Translations under genes and position numbers: made by a program
Notes under the pieces: model-generated
What the model was told of the DNA's origin: nothing
Database searches by the model: none
What the model saw: only the letters and a program-made list of their open reading frames with translations
In this document: positions 57,385-64,000 of the stretch, in pieces
Numbering within the stretch: the first letter of the stretch is position 1
Layout: every line of letters begins with the position of its first letter
From: Neodothiora populina
Lineage: Eukaryota
Assembly: GCF_041146345.1 (NCBI RefSeq)
Contig: NW_027191414.1
Span: forward strand, 62,001 to 126,000
DNA: 64,000 nt
Direction of reading: 5' to 3'

Positions 57385-59300
57385 GATTGTTGTCGTGACC
57401 GAACACGAAAGGACAAAGAACTTCGAGTCTCTCGTGGGTAAGATCGACTTCGTATATTATTTACATGGTAAAAAGCCAACCGGTGCCAGACTATCGGCCA
57501 ACCGACCGTTGTGCCCATTTTGCATCTGGCTGGCTTACGGTAACGCTGCGATTGAAAGACTCACACCGATGAGCGAGACAGCAAACGGCTATATTTCAAG
57601 ATCTTTCTTTTTCATGGTCATCACATTATGATAACGTAAGATCTGGTGGACCATGTGAAGTGGTATATACTCTGGCCTTCTGATCAAGGGTAGCATGGCA
57701 GGCGGCCACGAAAGAGTCGAACGCTACAATGAAAAGGTCGCGTCCATCCTACCCTTCCGCGCAGACAAGTGCGTTCAAGGGACCAGATGTCCCAAAACAA
57801 CCGACCAACAGTGAAAAGGCATTGAGAATGAACATCGAGGGTCGAGATCAGAGAGGACTGACCACGAGTCAGAAGTATGACAGATAGTCAAAAGCACAAA
57901 GTCTAGCCAACGCCCAAAGCAGTAATGAACTTAGGGCTTCACACCGAGTACTCTTCCGAGGCCAACGGTGTCGCTTTTGTTTTCCTGTTGGCTGAAGTTG
58001 TTTTCCGATTATGTGGACTTTGATAGGCCGATCTGGAAGGACTGAGTGGAAGGAATAGCATGTTGAGCGACATGCGAATGTTGTAAAATCGATCTTTACC
58101 GTGGATATAGTCGTTGGACTCTCGTGGCTGCAGCTTGCAGATAATATTCGTACAGTCTTTCCATGGGGATCAATTGTCCCTTGCTACGATTCTTCTCAAT
58201 GGATCCATATGTAGCAAGCAGTATTGCGGCATAATGATTTCACCAAAGGAACGTAAGTCTATTAGCATATCGCTTGCGAGGTATGATGCACACTCGAGTG
58301 ATGAACAACGGGAACCCGGCCCGGGTGCCGCAACCGAAGCAGAGGGAAACAGCTTACCTTACCCTATCAGACATCATCGTACTCCACCTAGAATCTAGAA
58401 CTACAGCAAAGGCCCAATGAGCCGAACGCCATCGGTAGGATCTGCGACATCCTATTGCGGATCTCTTCCCAGCAAAACCAAAACGGGTTTGAAGAAAACC
58501 CGTCCTAGGGCACCACTCTGTAGAGCTGCTGCCGCTACTACTGCAACCAGCAAGCGCGATCTGTAGATCGTAGTTCATCAGCGCTAGACTGGATAATGCG
58601 GACGGGAGTGCCGATATGTTTCCATGATCGCACAAGTACAGCGCCTGGAAGCGATGCCATGAATGACTAGAACAGCATACTCGAACCGAAGTAGCGCTCT
58701 AGGATCACCCAAACCGTAATGAAGATAGAGATTGAAAAGAGGACTCGTCCGCTAGTGGAAACGTACTGTACATCTTGTTTCGTTATCAATCTTGCCTCGG
58801 ACCTGACAGAGATTATGTTGCCTTGATCTCCAACTGACGCCGAATTTCTCCGGAACCTTTACCACGATAAGATTGGGTGATCTTGTGTTTGTCTTGTTCT
58901 GCTCTTCGAGTGTACTAGACTGTCACCGAAGTCTAGGCCTTTTTCGGTGCTCTTATACAGTAGAATGAGGTAAATAATCTACAATTGATACTTAGTCCTT
59001 CGAAACCTTACCACTGGAAGTATCCAGCAATACCGCATACGATGACTCCACTTCGCTTTTGCATGTGATGACTTGGAAGTTTCTCTGATCATCTACCCGC
59101 ACTGTCGCCGTTTCTAGAGTCTGTACTTTACACTACTATAGAACTTGGAGTAAGAGGTAAAAAGTGGATTTCATTGATGGACACCGTCGGCTTCGCTTCA
59201 GGATATGGTTATAGTGGAGAGTAGAAAATCGAAACATAACAAACGAGCGCTGGCCATGTCTTTGTCATAAAGCTGCAAATATAAATGGGGGCTTTTTCCA

Positions 59301-62191
59301 TCATCTCGAACGATCCTGCTCCTCTTCCTCAAGACCTCTCTCTAAATCCTCAAAGGCTTCCTCCTCGCGACTGATCGGATGTGTCGACGACGGATCGTCG
59401 TTGCGCGTTTCCGCCACTTGCTCCTGCAGGTCGTCGGATACCAATGCGACGGCTTCGTCTGAAGAGTCTTCGGAGCCAGAGTCATGGAGCAGAGGCCGCG
59501 ACGAAGGTGAGGGTCCTGTGCGGCCGATGGACCGTACTACGTCGCTCTTGCAAATAGGACAGGTACGACGGCGAGTGGTGAGCCATGGAGAGCTGACGAA
59601 TATGAGGTTAGTTCTCTTCGGACTGGCACGCAGTGTAACAGAATGGGCCAAACTCACATGCATTCGGCATGAAATTCATGCCCGCAAGGCAGACTCATGA
59701 CTCGGCTGACTCCATCAACGTATTCTTCCAAGCAAACCACGCACTCCTTCTGTCTTCCGACGTAGCGCCTGCGCCACTCTGAGAGGCCAGCCTCACGTTT
59801 CTCTTGAGCAGGGTCGATGCTCGAATTAGTCGGGCCCCGGAAACTGGTTCCCGTAGGCGGCACCTCACCCTCTGTGCGTGATCTCGGCCTCGATCTACCT
59901 TGCGATATCGGTCTCGCGCCGGATTGCAGTAAAGGTGTTGTGGAATCAGGTGCTGTTGGCGAACGAGGCGGAGAGTTCTCGGTGCTGTTGGAGGTCACTG
60001 TGCTAGGAATGGTATGGTAAGTCCTGACGGGCAATCTTTCGACTACGGACTTTGGAGCTCGCCAGCGGCGGCGGCGAATTCTGCTACGTAATAGTAAGAG
60101 AGCATAAACGATGGTGAGAGTAACGAGAGGGGATATGACGAGGACCAGCAGAGTGTCGAAAAACGGCGAAGAAGACATGGAGGTGGGTGTCAACGTGACC
60201 CATAGGCCGTCGTGCTCATCGTCGTCTCCTCCATCTTCGGGCTTCTTTTTGTCTTTGTCTGCGGACACTTCATCGACTTGAGTGACAACATGTGGCGCTT
60301 TGCCTTGTTCCGGTGCAGATGTGCTGGTTTCTTCATTAGACAGTCCCATGCGATTCAGCCATCTGTCGGGTTTGTCGCTCGGCGGCTTCTTATCACGATT
60401 GGCCTCATCAGAGTGCTTCGTTGGGTGGTTGGGAGAGGAAGCCTTGCTGTCTGCAGGGTGCTTCTTCGACTGTTCATACTCGCCGCTCCCGGGAGTGATG
60501 CTGCCACCTTTCGGACCGCTGTGAGCAGTGGGTTTGCTATTTCCCGCCGGGTTCTCACGGCCAGGCGTGTTTTGTGCTGCTTCGACCTGAGCGTCAAGAA
60601 GATCTGGGTCCCGCCAGTCTTGAACACCGATGACGAAGCCCTGATCAGGCTTTCTGCCACTATTTTCGGCAGACGCTCCCTGATCTGATGATTTGGAGGT
60701 CGCCTTCCCTGTTCTGGAGTCAGGGTGCGAGGACGCATCATCCTCGAAATCGCTTTGCTGGATCCATCCGATCTTGCCACTACTTGGTGGTCTTCTTGTA
60801 TCTTGGTGGCCTCCACTCGATGCAGAATTGAACATTGAACGGAACCAGCCTTGCTCAGATTGTTGTTTGTTTGACTTGGGACTTGATGGCTGCTTGTCTG
60901 CAGTCTTCGCTCCAGCTCCCGAGCCCGCGTGAGATGATGCCGACTTAGACTTGGACGATTTGTCAGTGCCCGAGTCAGACTGTGTCTGCTGTTGCTTGCC
61001 AGGAGACTGTGCTTTGGCGTCTGTCTTGCCAGGTCTTGCCACAGTTGACTTGTCGCCCACAAGAAGGCCCAGACGCGCAGCTTCGTCCGGGGACACGTCG
61101 TCGAGGAAGCTGCCAGAGGGCACGAGTGATGACAGAAGATGTGCAGTGGTGTGGGATGTGAACAGCGATGGGATGGTCACGTTCGAAGTGTCTCCCCGCG
61201 CATACATTGTCACCAGAGCGCCTCCTCGCACGTTGTCACCGACTATCAGAGCGACGCCTCCTCTTCTCTGCACCCACTTGACCTTTTCTAAAAAGCCACA
61301 GCCACCGCGAGACAGCAGGACGACTTTACCGGCAATCTCGGCCGTCTCCTGCAATGACTGGATGTCGGCGTGGGCGAGCTTCTTGCCGGCTGCAGCGGCT
61401 TCGGGGGACGTCTTGAGCGGGTTCGAGGGCGGAAGGGGGTGGTGTAGGTGGTCGTCGGTGCCGTCTCCTTGCTCATCGTCGTCGCTGGCTCTTCTGGCCC
61501 TTGCGGCTTTCCCTGGAGTTGTCGCTGCCTTCTTGGACGATGACTTGGAGATCCTGCTCTTTCTGCTGTCGTCCTTTGGGCGAGACGGGCTGTTGTTGCC
61601 ACTGCTGCTGCCGGCGTTGTTCGAGTTGGCGCCATTTCCTCCACTGCCTGAAGCGCCGCTGTTGCCACTGCCGCTGCTGCTACTGCTACTGCTGCTGCTG
61701 CCGCTGCCGCTGCTGCTGCTTCCGTAGTCTCCGTCGCCCCATCCAGGCACGTCGCTGCAGCCGAGCTCGCCTTCTGTGCCAGCTACCACGCCTCGGCCAA
61801 TCTCATCGCCAAAGCCGCTCCCTATCCAGAGCTGGCCGTCGAGTCCGCGCGAAGGCAGAGGCGGCCCGAAGTTGGCGGGCCTCGCGAGGAAGAAGGTCGA
61901 GTTGTCGTCCGTCAAGCTGATTATGGCGGATGGGGGAAACAGTGAGGATGACTGCCAGTTGAAGTAGGCGCCCAATCCCGTGCGGCCTCGCTTCGTGTTT
62001 ACCGAGTCCGTGTCGCTCGTTCTAGACGCAGCGAAGAATGACAAGATCAAAATGGTGACTAAACAGAAGGAAAGAGAAAGGACAAGACGAAGGGGCCGCA
62101 TCTTGCGCGGCCGCCTGGTCTCGTGAGTGTGACGATGATGTTGAGATGGAGCGGATTCTAATGGAAAAGAGGACGATAAGCCACGCGACAT
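59301..62191 (-). CDS. PA-domain / transmembrane / RING-H2 E3 ubiquitin ligase
   Basis: N-terminal signal/anchor, split PA domain (FFLARPANFGP...LLSRGGCGFLEKV...ALIVGDN), TM helix, RING-H2 CVVCLEEY...LPCGHEFHAECISPWL..RRTCPICK across intron 59593-59657. Start may be 62101 (MRPLR). Confidence 0.93.
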
Positions 62192-62379
62192 GAGAGACAG
62201 GACTGAAAAGGCTGGAAGGCGGATGGAAAAGAATCTATCTAAATATCACTCATGGTATGACAAGACAGTCACTGCTTGCAAATTGGCGGAGACAGCGAAT
62301 GATGTTCACGAACGGAACAAGGCACAAGACACAGACAGATTAGATCAGGTGCTCATGAAATCATCCACACACGTCTTTG

Positions 62380-62409
62380 GCTGTGCTGTGCTGTGCTGTG
62401 CTGTGCTGT
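62380..62409. repeat. (GCTGT)6 pentanucleotide microsatellite
   Basis: Six perfect units upstream of the PA-RING gene. Confidence 0.9.
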
Positions 62410-63563
62410 TACTCCAAGGTACTGTAAGGTATCCATGAATTGAGGGGGAGACAAGACAAGAAAGAGAGCACAGACGGCGCTTGCGGAGACTGGGGGAGTA
62501 AAGTCCGACAAAACAATCAGATATCTGTTTCTATCGTCACGCATCACGTATCGACGACGACGACGACAACTAAACGTATGAGGCCGAGTGTATGTCTAGT
62601 CCCCTCGTCGAAGAGAAGTGCGGTCTGCCTTACCTTACCGAGACATGAACTTCGTCGTTCGACCTGCAGCATCTCTACATCCTTCGAACACCAGATTATC
62701 TTATAACACAACAGCAAACTTCCTGTGCCTGATTACCCAGGATAGACACAAGAGATAAGAAAACCCCTGATATCTAGACCGTATCCGCAATCAACAGATG
62801 GCCAAGCTACAGTAGCGTAGAGCGCCTTAAGGTAAGATATCCTTTCGACGAGTCATCACAAGAGACGATTTTGGCCTGATCCATCGTGAGATATGGTCAT
62901 GGCAACCTGACGATAACGCGATAAGAATGTCCAGATGAGTCAGGTCGACGAATGGTAGCAACATAAGGTACCTTACCTTAAGGTAGGCTCACTGGCCCAA
63001 CGTTCACCCCGCAAGATCCAATTCTCAAGTTTAAAATGATTGATTTATACTTGCCCAATCAGGTGAGATGTCTCATGATTCGAGATTCGCATACATGGCT
63101 CTCTGGGCATCTTCATACTGAGCCAGTGACTCTACAGGATGCGAATATGCGCATACGAGTTACGTATGCCAAGCTCTTGTCATCCCACAAGAGGTCGACC
63201 TTCCTACTCCAGGACTGATCGAGGCACGCTGCCACCATAGCCCCCGTCTCATGACGATGTACCCAGGTCAAGCTGTAATCCCGACGACTCGAAAGCGACA
63301 CTGTACATGTAGCAATATGTAAAGGCTTTCCGGAGTGCAATGCCGTGCTTAAGATTAATCCCAGCGACATGTTGTTACTTGCCGTCTTCCGTGGTATAAC
63401 AAGGGGTGTACAGTAAGGTACAGTGAGTCTATGCATAAAGTCTCTGTGAACGGCAGACAGGTAATTGACTGAGGCTAGCAGCCGTGCCACGACTATTCTG
63501 GTCCTTCTGTGCCTTCGCACCCGGACACCCTGCAGAGCTTGAACAAGTAGCAATGTATCTGAC

Positions 63564-63932
63564 TCAAATAACAGTGTACTGAGAAGCCATTTCAGTTCCA
63601 CTGAGAGCACTCTCATCAATGCCGACTTCCCAATGCTGTCGATACATGATGTTGTGGTTTCGGCGATCGTTTCGATGATAGCGAGATGAATCGTTGCGGC
63701 TCACTGTCCAATACACGAAATCGTATTGAGGCTCTTGAGAGCGACGACTAAAACCGCTTTCCGCTTGTTGAAGCCACAAGAAGATCCTTGCTCCGAGCTT
63801 CGAGTCTACCGCTTCGTCCGTGCTGAGCAGCGTACTCGGGTAGATCTCCATGACGTACGCTCCCGGCTGATCACGATCGTGCATGATTCCATTGTGTCGA
63901 TGGTTTCTGATGATACTGACATGTTGAGCCAT
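63564..63932 (-). CDS. Possible small orphan ORF (122 aa)
   Basis: ATG-initiated, preceded by a pyrimidine-rich stretch, plausible composition, no recognised motif. Confidence 0.2.
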   Translation of the reverse strand: MAQHVSIIRNHRHNGIMHDRDQPGAYVMEIYPSTLLSTDEAVDSKLGARIFLWLQQAESGFSRRSQEPQYDFVYWTVSRNDSSRYHRNDRRNHNIMYRQHWEVGIDESALSGTEMASQYTVI

Positions 63933-64000
63933 AACGAAAGCATAAGAGAAAAATCGAGGACGGACGCGTTACAAGTCGAGCTTCTGCGCGTCGACTCTGT

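Noticed and set aside
57400..59300. Short ORFs in the spacer between the GPCR and PA-RING genes
   Set aside because: No recognisable coding signal; likely promoter and 3' UTR.
1..64000. Transposons, LTRs, RIP-degraded AT-rich blocks, telomeric arrays, rRNA, CRISPR, or a viral origin for the RdRP
   Set aside because: No transposase/RT motifs, long direct or terminal repeats or AT-rich blocks were seen. The RdRP has spliceosomal introns and the cellular DLDGD signature rather than a viral GDD palm.

Overview
Gene-dense euchromatic window from a filamentous ascomycete (Pezizomycotina; probably a Dothideomycete, which is an inference from intron style and gene content). I could build about 21 protein-coding gene models with short GT-AG introns. 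They are: the 3' end of a probable 2OG-Fe(II) dioxygenase, VMA22, an Mgr3-like mitochondrial protein, an intracellular GH13_5 alpha-amylase, a divergent Dal5-type MFS transporter/type-B carboxylesterase pair, PEX11, REV3, SLU7, ATG29, an F-box-like hypothetical, GPI2, DLD1, a degenerate RING/coiled-coil protein, an acetyl-CoA transporter, a Pth11-like membrane protein, a DUF3500 protein, a large globular+coiled-coil protein, a SAD-1-clade RNA-dependent RNA polymerase, a Git3-family GPCR and a PA-TM-RING E3 ligase. I saw no rRNA, tRNA, intact transposon or CRISPR. The most interesting observations are: (1) a candidate meiotic gene pair (synaptonemal-complex-like coiled-coil gene directly upstream of a meiotic-silencing-type RdRP); (2) a chain of ATGA-overlapping uORFs in the REV3 leader; (3) highly structured PEX11 introns; (4) a recurrent intergenic TAAGGTA/TACCTTA motif; (5) a GATA-site-rich divergent promoter. 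All coordinates were read by eye and no database search was run.
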